From Desulfotalea psychrophila LSv54 (GTDB lineage Bacteria > Desulfobacterota > Desulfobulbia > Desulfobulbales > Desulfocapsaceae): 32,000 nucleotides of DNA. The stretch is from positions 1,380,001 through 1,412,000 of the forward strand of contig NC_006138.1 in the NCBI RefSeq assembly GCF_000025945.1, written 5' to 3'. The notes under the pieces were generated by a model. It was not told the origin of the DNA, searched no databases, and saw nothing but the letters and a program-made list of their open reading frames with translations. Shown piece by piece: positions 17,667 through 25,876 of this stretch. The translations under genes and the position numbers were made by a program. Each line of letters opens with the position of its first letter. Position 1 is the first letter of the stretch.

Positions 17667-17694
17667 TTGTCAAAAGGGTGTATAGTGCTAATAT
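17667..17694 (+). promoter_or_regulatory. Near-consensus sigma70 promoter with extended -10, upstream of ppk1
   Basis: TTGTCA (17667-17672) is followed by a 16-nt spacer, then TGc-TAATAT (TG at 17686-17687, -10 at 17689-17694). Confidence 0.5.
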
Positions 17695-17894
17695 GGGCCT
17701 TTGTCTTGCACTTTCTCAGCTTTGGGCTGTTAGGTTGTTTCGGTCTGTTGATGGAAAATATGAACGAGGTGAGTTGTTTTTAATAGGAAGAGAGGGAGGG
17801 GCTATGGCTCGGCAGAAACAAGGAAGGCAAAAGGTTGGAATAGAGAAGTCGACGTTGATTTGAGTTCCCCCAGTGGTTTCTGAATCGTGAAGTT

Positions 17895-20003
17895 ATGTGG
17901 CTTAAATTTAATGGCAGGGTCCTTGCTGAGGCCATGGATTCCCGTAATCCTCTGTTGGCAAGGGTGTTCTTTTTTGCCGTGGTTGATTCGAATCTGGATG
18001 AGTTTTTTATGAAGCGCATTGGTCGGTTGAAGCAGCAGGTCAGCGCCGGGGTAAAGACCCTTAGTGTTGATGCTCTCCTGCCTCAGGAACAGATTGATGT
18101 CTGTACCCCACTTATCCAGGATATAATAAAGAGGCAGTATACTCTGGGGCGTGAACTTCAGGCGGGACTGGCCAGTGAAGGGATTGTTGTTGCCAGTTAT
18201 GCAGGGCTTCCTCGCGAACAACGTGCCTGGTTGGATAATTTTTTTATCGATCAGGTTTTTCCTCTCTTGACTCCTCAGGGAGTTGATCCCGCTCACCCTT
18301 TTCCTTTTATCTCTAACCTTTCCATAAATCTATTGATTAGTGTCCGTTATCCGGGCAGTGAACATGTCTATCGTAATCGGGTAAAGATGCCGGTCAATGA
18401 GGTGATCCCTCGTTTCGTTAGAGTTGGTAGTGATGATGTTTATATCCCCCTTGAGGATCTGGTCAGTAATAACCTGCAAATGCTTCTGCCCGGTATGGAG
18501 ATAGACAGTGTTGATGTCTTTCGCGTTACTAGAAATGCTATGACAGGGCCGAGTGGGGGGCAGGTAAATGATCTTTTGCATATGATTGAGTCTGCTCTGC
18601 GCGAGAGGAAATTTGCCGAGATTGTCCGTCTGGAAGTGGGGCGGGGGATCAGTTCTCTAAATCGGGGGATGCTTGCCGCTGAGCTGGGGATTGACGAGGA
18701 AAAAGATGTTGTTGAGTTGGATGATCTGCTGGGTAAGGGATCACTGATGGAAATTGCTAAAATAGATAGAGATCAGCTTCATTTTTCTCCGCATCATTTG
18801 GTTAATAACCCTGATCTCATAGAGGACGATCCAAATATTTTTCATGTACTGCGGGAGAAGAAGGCTGTTTTACTTCAGCATCCCTATGAATCGTTTGAAA
18901 CATCCGTTGAGCGTTTTCTGGATGAGGCGAGTCAGGATCCCAAGGTATTGGCCATAAAGATGACCCTCTATCGTACGGCAAATGACTCCAGAATTATTGA
19001 GTATTTAATAGAGGCATCGCAGAATGGTAAGCAGGTTGCGGTGGTGATGGAACTCAAGGCACGATTTGATGAGTCAGCCAATATTAGATGGGCGGGTTAT
19101 TTAGAGCAGGCAGGGATCCATGTGACCTATGGTGTTCTTGGGCTGAAGACACACTCTAAGGTGATCTTTGTGGTGCGTAAAGATTATGATGGGATTCGTC
19201 GTTATGCTCACATCGGTACGGGTAATTATCATTCGGGAACGGCAAGAGGCTACTGTGATCTTGGTTTGTTGACCTGCGATCCTGATATCGTCTCTGATCT
19301 TACCGAGTTTTTTAATTATCTGACCACGGGCTATACCCCTATCCGTCGTTATAAAAAGCTCCTGCCCTCCCCCCGGATTCTCAAGAAGGCATTGCTCTCA
19401 AAGATTAACAGAGAGATTGCCGTTCAGGAGAAGGGAGGCGTGGGGCTTATTCAGTTGAAAACCAACGCTCTGGAAGACCGTGACCTGACAGAGGCGCTCT
19501 ATAGGGCCTCGCAGGCAGGGGTGCATGTTGATCTCATTGTTCGGGATTCATGTCGTCTCCGCCCCGGAATTGAGGGGCTTTCTGAAAATGTTCGGGTGAT
19601 CTCTATTGTGGGGAGGTTTCTGGAGCATAGCCGACTTTTTTATTTTAGAAATAACGGCGCGGAAGAGTACTATATTGGCTCTGCAGATCTCATGACCAGG
19701 AATTTGGAGAGGCGGGTGGAGGCCTGTGTGCCCGTAGAACTTCCTCACCTTCAGGCGCAGTTGCGGGAGATTCTTGATCTACAGTTGGCTAATAGTAGGA
19801 ATGTCTGGGAGATGGACTCCGGGGGTAACTATCTGCAGAGGACAACCAAGGGCAAGAAAAAATCAGAGACGCTTTCTGTGCATCAGCTCTTGATTGATAG
19901 CGCGGAAAAACGGGACGCCGCAGGTAAGCTTAAGTTGGCCAAGAAGCGTAGCCAAAAACAGATAAAAATTAGATCCAGATCGTCCCCTTCTTCGGAGAGG
20001 TGA
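17895..20003 (+). CDS. ppk1: Polyphosphate kinase 1 (5' end anomalous, see findings)
   Basis: 702-aa ORF. WLKFNGRVLAEAMDSRNPLLARVFFFAVVDSNLDEFFMKRIG is the PPK N-domain motif. The two PLD-like HxK motifs are GLKTHSKV and RFLEHSRLFYF. Confidence 0.92.
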   Translation: MWLKFNGRVLAEAMDSRNPLLARVFFFAVVDSNLDEFFMKRIGRLKQQVSAGVKTLSVDALLPQEQIDVCTPLIQDIIKRQYTLGRELQAGLASEGIVVASYAGLPREQRAWLDNFFIDQVFPLLTPQGVDPAHPFPFISNLSINLLISVRYPGSEHVYRNRVKMPVNEVIPRFVRVGSDDVYIPLEDLVSNNLQMLLPGMEIDSVDVFRVTRNAMTGPSGGQVNDLLHMIESALRERKFAEIVRLEVGRGISSLNRGMLAAELGIDEEKDVVELDDLLGKGSLMEIAKIDRDQLHFSPHHLVNNPDLIEDDPNIFHVLREKKAVLLQHPYESFETSVERFLDEASQDPKVLAIKMTLYRTANDSRIIEYLIEASQNGKQVAVVMELKARFDESANIRWAGYLEQAGIHVTYGVLGLKTHSKVIFVVRKDYDGIRRYAHIGTGNYHSGTARGYCDLGLLTCDPDIVSDLTEFFNYLTTGYTPIRRYKKLLPSPRILKKALLSKINREIAVQEKGGVGLIQLKTNALEDRDLTEALYRASQAGVHVDLIVRDSCRLRPGIEGLSENVRVISIVGRFLEHSRLFYFRNNGAEEYYIGSADLMTRNLERRVEACVPVELPHLQAQLREILDLQLANSRNVWEMDSGGNYLQRTTKGKKKSETLSVHQLLIDSAEKRDAAGKLKLAKKRSQKQIKIRSRSSPSSER

Positions 20004-20031
20004 TGGGCGGTCTCATTGTTGTGGTAAAAAG

Positions 20032-20067
20032 AGCTCAATCCTGTACATCAGGGTTGGGCTTTTTTTA
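20032..20067 (+). terminator. Rho-independent terminator of ppk1
   Basis: A 12-bp stem AGCTCAATCCTG / CAGGGTTGGGCT (two G-U pairs) with loop TACAT is followed by TTTTTTT. Confidence 0.85.
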
Positions 20068-20088
20068 TGAGACTACTGTTGTCTGTTT

Positions 20089-21186
20089 TTAGGAGATCTC
20101 TTCGCCAATGCCAAAGAGAAGTTGGTATAAAAAAACTGAATAGGCTAGGACGGCTACGATGGCGACCGGAGCAAAGAAATATCCTAAGGGGCAGAGTATG
20201 ACCACGGTGATCCAGTGAAGGGCTATGGTGGGTTTTGTTTGAAGTTGCAGGGGAAACTCTCTATGGCGTGCTGCTACGGCAAGTCCACTGAGGTTCCAGC
20301 CGTAGAGAGCCATGAAGGCATGCATGCGCAGTAGTGGCAGGCTATTTTCCGGGTTATAGAGTGGCGAAAATTCCAGGAGGATATAGATGATGCCGGTAAT
20401 TGAGGTGCAGAGAAGAAAGAGGATGCCCGAGAGGAGAAAGTTTTTTTGCTGGGAGGGAATACCGAGGGATATATAGAGAAAAAAAACCAGACCTACCGTG
20501 ATAAAGAGGGTGGAGGCGATGATCACCTGGGGAATAAAGAGGCCGGCCAGAATAAAGATAAAAAAGATAATGACTCCCAGGTTGATTATCCAGAAGGAGA
20601 TCTCCTTAAGTGTTCTGGCAAATGATGTTCTGGCCTTTTGCATCAGAGAGAAAATAACAGACATGCTTATGAGGGAGAGGGGAAAGGAAAATCCGAGGAA
20701 GAAGGTATCAAGGGTCAGTTTTGGGATGGTGAAATAGTGGAGGTAGATGGCGTTGAGAATAACAAGAGAGGATATGATGAGGGCCAGGGAGAGACAGAGC
20801 AGGGCAGCTTGGTGAAATTTTTTGGCAACGGGCTCACTGCTGCGCAGCATTTCTACAGGGATGCAGTGGCCGAGGTGTAACACCCGTACCCGTTCGGTGA
20901 TAACGGCAAGTCCCAGTGGCAGGAAAAGTGTTGGTGGATACCATTCCAAGAAGGCTGTAAGGGCAAAGAGAAGGGAGCCAAGGCAGTAGAGTTTGCCGTG
21001 TGTTGAGAGTCGCTTTTGTCCCTCCGTGAAGTAGATGAGTAGGGTGCCGCCAACGCAGAGATTAAAGAGGAAGATGTGCAGTCTTTCAAAGTTGAGCACC
21101 TGGGGCGGGACAATATGGTGCATAAAACCACAGGCCAGGGCTGTAGTAAGGAGCAGGAGGAGTAAAAGCTTAAATCGTAGACTCAT
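20089..21186 (-). CDS. Polytopic integral membrane protein, unknown function (about 10-12 TM)
   Basis: 365 aa and very hydrophobic throughout. The start ATG overlaps the stop of the upstream gene (ATGA at 21183-21186). Confidence 0.6.
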   Translation of the reverse strand: MSLRFKLLLLLLLTTALACGFMHHIVPPQVLNFERLHIFLFNLCVGGTLLIYFTEGQKRLSTHGKLYCLGSLLFALTAFLEWYPPTLFLPLGLAVITERVRVLHLGHCIPVEMLRSSEPVAKKFHQAALLCLSLALIISSLVILNAIYLHYFTIPKLTLDTFFLGFSFPLSLISMSVIFSLMQKARTSFARTLKEISFWIINLGVIIFFIFILAGLFIPQVIIASTLFITVGLVFFLYISLGIPSQQKNFLLSGILFLLCTSITGIIYILLEFSPLYNPENSLPLLRMHAFMALYGWNLSGLAVAARHREFPLQLQTKPTIALHWITVVILCPLGYFFAPVAIVAVLAYSVFLYQLLFGIGEEIS

Positions 21187-22565
21187 CTGTACCGTCCCAG
21201 TTGAATTTTCAAACTCTTTTTGAGTTCAGGGTATTGAAAGCAAAATCCTGACTCTACCAGTTTCTTACTTGATACATGGCAATTTGCCAGGGCAATCTCT
21301 CTGGCCATCTCGCCGTACAAAAACGTGAGAAAGCTGGCGGGCACCCTGGGGAGAAGGGGGCGTTTTTTTATTTGGGCAATGGTGGCAAGTAGCTCCTCAT
21401 TTCTCACCGGCTGTGGGGAAACGATATTTATCGGTCCTCTGATCTCCGGGCAGACAAGGCAGTGGAGGATTGCCGCTAGCATATCGTTGATGTCTATCCA
21501 ACTGGTGTACTGGCGGCCGTTACCAAAGCTTCTTGGTAGGGCTATTTTGCCGATTTGCAAGAGCCTTTTGAGGGCACCGCCGCGGTGGCTCAGGGTCACT
21601 CCCATTCGTAACATGGCCGTGCGGATGCCGGTGATCTCTGCCTGAGCGGCCTCTTTCTCCCAGACCTTGCATACCTGGGAGATAAAATCTGAGCCGGCCT
21701 CTTGTTCTTCCGAGAGGTTTTGCTCGGGACTGTCACCATAGTAGCCCGTGGCCGAGGCAGAGAGGAATACCTGTGGCGGCCGTGGGAGTTTGGCCATAGC
21801 TGCACAGAGTAAGCGGGTGCCATTTTTTCTGCTCCTGAGGACCCTCTCTTTTTTTCCCCTGCTCCAGCGGCTCAGACCAATTTGTTCGCCAGCAAGATGG
21901 ATAATGGCATCTATTTCTGGAATGGCATTGCTGTCAATTTCTCCCAGGGCAGGGTTCCAGTAGATCTCCTTGTCTCCCTCTACTCCTCTTCTTACAAGTC
22001 TGAATACCCGGTGTCCGCCACTCTCCAGAAAGGGTACCAGCTCGCGCCCTAGTGTTCCGCTAGCTCCGCTGATGAGGATGCGTAGAGGTGGCCAGCTATA
22101 CCTTTGGTGTCTTGCCAGGTCGTGTCGAAGAATTTCATGGCGGTAGGTGAAGGTTCTTGTCAGCTCTTTTTTTACCGCCCCATGGACAAATGAGGGGAGG
22201 AATTCATGGACGGGCAGGCGGTACTGCACCAGGTCTTCCATGCTGGCGCCGTTTTCCTCATTTTGAAAGAGGTGTCTGTGCTGCCAGAGGGAAAAGGGTC
22301 CCTCCGTCTGTCTATCCTCAAACATTTTCCCTGGTATGGCCTGCAGATGCTCTGCTTTGACGGTAAAGGCTATGGAGGCTATGCGCATGCGTATGGTGGT
22401 CTTGCCTCCCCTGCCTAAGCCTCCACTTCGTTCGAGTACCTGTGCCTCCTGCCAGGGGGGGATGAGGCGTTCAAGCGCTCCCGGTCTGGCATGCCAGGCA
22501 TATATATATTGAGCATCCACGGGGTAGATAGATTTTTTTTGTAGTTTATTTCGTTTGTCTGTCAT
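21183..22565 (-). CDS. Fusion protein: N-terminal SRPBCC/START-like domain plus C-terminal SDR-type NAD(P)-binding epimerase-like domain (YfcH / DUF1731-like)
   Basis: 460 aa. The Rossmann motif ILISGASGTLGRELVPFLESGGHRVFRLVRR starts around residue 163. The C-terminal end has a DUF1731-like tail (SSKKLVESGFCFQYPELKKSL). The N-terminal ~150 aa resemble the SRPBCC ligand-binding fold found fused in this family. Confidence 0.65.
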   Translation of the reverse strand: MTDKRNKLQKKSIYPVDAQYIYAWHARPGALERLIPPWQEAQVLERSGGLGRGGKTTIRMRIASIAFTVKAEHLQAIPGKMFEDRQTEGPFSLWQHRHLFQNEENGASMEDLVQYRLPVHEFLPSFVHGAVKKELTRTFTYRHEILRHDLARHQRYSWPPLRILISGASGTLGRELVPFLESGGHRVFRLVRRGVEGDKEIYWNPALGEIDSNAIPEIDAIIHLAGEQIGLSRWSRGKKERVLRSRKNGTRLLCAAMAKLPRPPQVFLSASATGYYGDSPEQNLSEEQEAGSDFISQVCKVWEKEAAQAEITGIRTAMLRMGVTLSHRGGALKRLLQIGKIALPRSFGNGRQYTSWIDINDMLAAILHCLVCPEIRGPINIVSPQPVRNEELLATIAQIKKRPLLPRVPASFLTFLYGEMAREIALANCHVSSKKLVESGFCFQYPELKKSLKIQLGRYR

Positions 22566-22750
22566 TTTTTTTGTCTGTTTTGGATGGTGAGTTCCTAACT
22601 TATTGTATATTACCTGTACAGGGGAGGAGTAACTAACAAAAAAAAGAGTTTATTGGTGAAAGATTATTTGCCCCGTGTATTATAAAGACAGAGAAATATA
22701 CTATGTTCTTCTTTGCTAATATTTATTTCAGTTTTATTGAAGAGGGAAAA

Positions 22751-24799
22751 ATGACTGCGATTGTGAGTGTGAGAGCCCGTTTTTTTACGGGTAGTATAGG
22801 TGCCGTTGCTGTTTTTCTCATCGCCTTCTTGTCTTTTTATTATGATAGCGTTCAGAAAAATGTGGCCGAAATAAATGCTCATGCCTCCGTTATTGCCAAT
22901 GAGGTTTGGGCCGTTGATCGTGGTGGTGTAGGTGGCTATCTTGCTTTGATCAGTCGTCTTGACTCCTATCGATCTATTTCCGTTGTGGGACCCGATGGTA
23001 TCGTGTTCGCGTCGGCAACGGGTCAGCCACTGAGTCACTGGGCAGAGATACTTTTTGCCTCTCATCTCCTTCTTGTTAAAGAGATGAGGACAGAAATTCT
23101 TCATCAGGGAGTACCTATTGGCACTCTGGTGGCCGAAAAATATATTCGTATTTTAGGACCAGGTTTTCTTATTTTTCTTTTTTCCCTTATCCTGGCAACC
23201 ATCTTTGTCTTTGCACATGATTTGGTTGTGACCAGACGTTTTCTGCAAAAGCGGCTGTTCTTTAAGATGGAGAAGCTCGATGAGAGCGAACGCCGTTTTG
23301 AGGAGTTGGTTAATTCTTTGCCGGAAATGGTTTTGGAAACGGATTTGGCAGGCCATATTATCTACTGTAATTATATTGCCGAGAGCAGGTTCGGTCTTGC
23401 TGGTCGTGATAAAGCCTTGTACTTTGGCCTCTTTATAGAGGAGCAAAGAGAGCAGCTTGAGGAGCGTTTTCGGTTAGCTCTTCGTGGTCAGGATATTGGC
23501 CTGCGTAAGTTGCAGGCCAAGGATTGTGATGGCAGAGTCTTTCCCCTGTTGGTGCGTTGTTCTCCTTGTTATCGAGAAGGTGTTGCCGTGGGCATGCGGG
23601 TCTTAGGTATAGACATAAGTGAAAGAGTAGCCCTGCGAAGGCGGATCGAGCATGGACGTCGTATGGAAGAGTTGGGTCTGATGACGGGAGGTGCTGCCCA
23701 TGAGCTTAAGAATATACTCTCGGGAGTGGTGGGCTATTCTGATCTACTCTTAATTGAACTGGCAAGCGATGCAAAAGAGCGTAGTGTGGTGGCTGCGATC
23801 AAAACAGCAGGCTTGCAGGCAGCAAATCTTGTCTCTGATCTTCTCACCGTGGTTCGGGGCGGAGGTGGTTTGTTTCGACAAAACAGGGATATAAATATTA
23901 TCTTGGGGGAGTATTTCTCTTCTGCTGAATGTCTGCGACTACGCGATGGAAATTCTCACGTCCATTATAGTTTGCAACTTGCCCGTGAGCCACTCTGGAT
24001 ATCTTGCTCAGAGGAGCATATTCTTAAAATTGTGATGAATTTACTGGTGAATGCCACCGAAGCAATTGAAGGTACTGGTGCTGTGCAGATAAAGACCTCT
24101 ATCGAGGAGTGTACCCAACCATTTTTCTGTCAAAATATGTCTATGGCGGAGGGGACCTATGTTTGTCTGCAGGTGCAGGATGATGGTATTTTGGATGAGT
24201 CTCGCAGGCATATTTTTGAGCCCTTCTATAGCAAGAGGGTGCAGGGAAAAAATGGTACGGGGCTAGGTATGGCCCTTGTCTGGAGTGTTGTTGCTGATCA
24301 TGATGCGGGTATTCGTATCAGCCGGGCCGATTTAGGTGGCAAAATAGAGGTCTTTTTCCCATTAGTAGTGGCAGGGACAGGGGATACTTCTCTGATTATG
24401 GGCACCGATGCTGAACCATCTTGTGGAAATGGTGAGGTGATTTTGGTGGTGGATGATGAGATAGGGCAGTGTGAGTTGGCGATGAAGATGCTTTCATTTC
24501 TTAACTACTCTGTGCACTGTGCGACTTCCTCTGAGCAGGCTTTGTCCTGTCTTGACAGGCATAGGGTGGACCTGTTGTTGCTCGATATGGGCCCGGGAAT
24601 AGATGGCAGGGAAATCTGCGCCAGGGTCTTTGCCAATAGTCCTGAGCAGAAAACTATTATTACCACTGGCCATGGGGGCATAGACGATATGGAGGATCTT
24701 CAGGGATTGGAAATCAGTGGGGTAGTGGGAAAACCCTACAGTGTTGGTAATATGGCCTCGGTTGTCTCTGCGGCCCTGGCCTCTTGTCGCAATGAGTGA
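22751..24799 (+). CDS. Hybrid sensor histidine kinase (2 TM periplasmic sensor - PAS - HisKA - HATPase - receiver)
   Basis: The H-box is GGAAHELKNILSGVVGYSDLL, the N-box is NLLVNATEAI and the G2 box is GTGLGMALV. The receiver has ILVVDDE...DLLLLDM...IITTG...GKPYS. I prefer ATG 22751, which follows GAGGGA; the track start is 22703. Confidence 0.85.
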   Translation: MTAIVSVRARFFTGSIGAVAVFLIAFLSFYYDSVQKNVAEINAHASVIANEVWAVDRGGVGGYLALISRLDSYRSISVVGPDGIVFASATGQPLSHWAEILFASHLLLVKEMRTEILHQGVPIGTLVAEKYIRILGPGFLIFLFSLILATIFVFAHDLVVTRRFLQKRLFFKMEKLDESERRFEELVNSLPEMVLETDLAGHIIYCNYIAESRFGLAGRDKALYFGLFIEEQREQLEERFRLALRGQDIGLRKLQAKDCDGRVFPLLVRCSPCYREGVAVGMRVLGIDISERVALRRRIEHGRRMEELGLMTGGAAHELKNILSGVVGYSDLLLIELASDAKERSVVAAIKTAGLQAANLVSDLLTVVRGGGGLFRQNRDINIILGEYFSSAECLRLRDGNSHVHYSLQLAREPLWISCSEEHILKIVMNLLVNATEAIEGTGAVQIKTSIEECTQPFFCQNMSMAEGTYVCLQVQDDGILDESRRHIFEPFYSKRVQGKNGTGLGMALVWSVVADHDAGIRISRADLGGKIEVFFPLVVAGTGDTSLIMGTDAEPSCGNGEVILVVDDEIGQCELAMKMLSFLNYSVHCATSSEQALSCLDRHRVDLLLLDMGPGIDGREICARVFANSPEQKTIITTGHGGIDDMEDLQGLEISGVVGKPYSVGNMASVVSAALASCRNE

Positions 24800-24870
24800 A
24801 AATGGTACCTAGAGGGTGATATTGGATAAAAAAATAAGAGGTTTTTTTTTCAGCCTGTGTATTTGCCTGC

Positions 24871-25686
24871 TTGTTAATCATTCCAGAGATTCAGGCCAGA
24901 CAGTCGCTTACCTGGCTGGCAGCGGATGCTCCGCCCATGTGTATTTGCAGGGGCGCCTATCGTGGTCAGGGCTATCTGGACCTTATTCAGGGACAGATAA
25001 CAGAAAAGTTATCCTCCTACGATGTTGATAAAAATAGCGCGAATATATCCAGACACTATGAGCTTTGGAAGGATGGGGCGGAGGTCTGCTCAATAGGGTA
25101 TAAGACGGCAGACCGACAGAAGATAGCCTATTACTCTCAGCCCATCCTTCGTACCTTACCTGCTGTTTTGGTGGTTAGCAGGGATAAGGCAGCGCTTTTC
25201 TCGGGTCTGCAGGTGATTAGTTTAAAGAAGCTTTTGCAGAGGGGAGATATTGTCCTTGGTCGCAGTCATGGTCGCTCCTACGGTGGTCCTCTTGATAAAA
25301 TTTTTAATCAGTATGGTACCAAAAAGAATATTTTTAATTATGAGGGTGATGGCATTAGTCGCAATTTCTTTGAAATGCTGGCCTTAAATCGCATTGATGC
25401 GATTGTCTGTCAGCCCAGTGAGCTTATCTATTTGACCAAGAGGCTTGGCTTAAGCGGTCAATTTTTAACCTTTGATATTGAGGAAAATCGTGGGACTGTA
25501 GAGGCGAATTCTGTCTATGTGATATGTAGTAAAACGGATTGGGGGAAGAGGGTGATCTCCCGAGTTGACAAGCTGGTGGCTGATCCGCAAATAAAGCTAC
25601 ATTTTCATTATGCCTATGAGTATTGGCTCAATAGCAAATATCTTGAGCTTTACTCTGGCAATGCGGCGAAAACCTATGCCCATTGA
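24871..25686 (+). CDS. Periplasmic substrate-binding-like protein (SBP family 3-like, TIGR02285-like); N-terminal signal peptide is out of frame upstream
   Basis: SLTWLAADAPPMCICRGAYRGQGYLD...CSIGYKTADRQKIAYYSQP matches the pattern of SBP_bac_3-like orphan binding proteins. The first canonical start in frame is TTG 24871. The signal-peptide n-region is encoded in another frame upstream of a T9 run. Confidence 0.6.
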   Translation: MLIIPEIQARQSLTWLAADAPPMCICRGAYRGQGYLDLIQGQITEKLSSYDVDKNSANISRHYELWKDGAEVCSIGYKTADRQKIAYYSQPILRTLPAVLVVSRDKAALFSGLQVISLKKLLQRGDIVLGRSHGRSYGGPLDKIFNQYGTKKNIFNYEGDGISRNFFEMLALNRIDAIVCQPSELIYLTKRLGLSGQFLTFDIEENRGTVEANSVYVICSKTDWGKRVISRVDKLVADPQIKLHFHYAYEYWLNSKYLELYSGNAAKTYAH

Positions 25687-25876
25687 AAAAAAGCAACTTT
25701 TTGGGACATCATCTTAAGTGCGGATAGTAGTGGCGAACTGTCTAATTGCGTGACAGAGTAATATTTTGCTCTAGAGTTTTTATTTTTTCCCTAGACGGTA
25801 AACAATTTGTTGAATCTTTTAAAATTCAGTATATAGAGGTCTTGATTGTTTATAGTTAAATTAAAAGGGGTAAAAT

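Noticed and set aside
17853-17866. RF2-like programmed +1 frameshift at AUU-UGA-G linking the SD-ATG (17804) ORF to ppk1.
   Set aside because: The slippery context is poor, because tRNA-Ile re-pairing on UUU starts with a mismatch. There is also no SD-like stimulator 3 nt upstream as in prfB. An indel or sequence error is more parsimonious. The idea is kept only as a minor alternative in the ppk1 finding.
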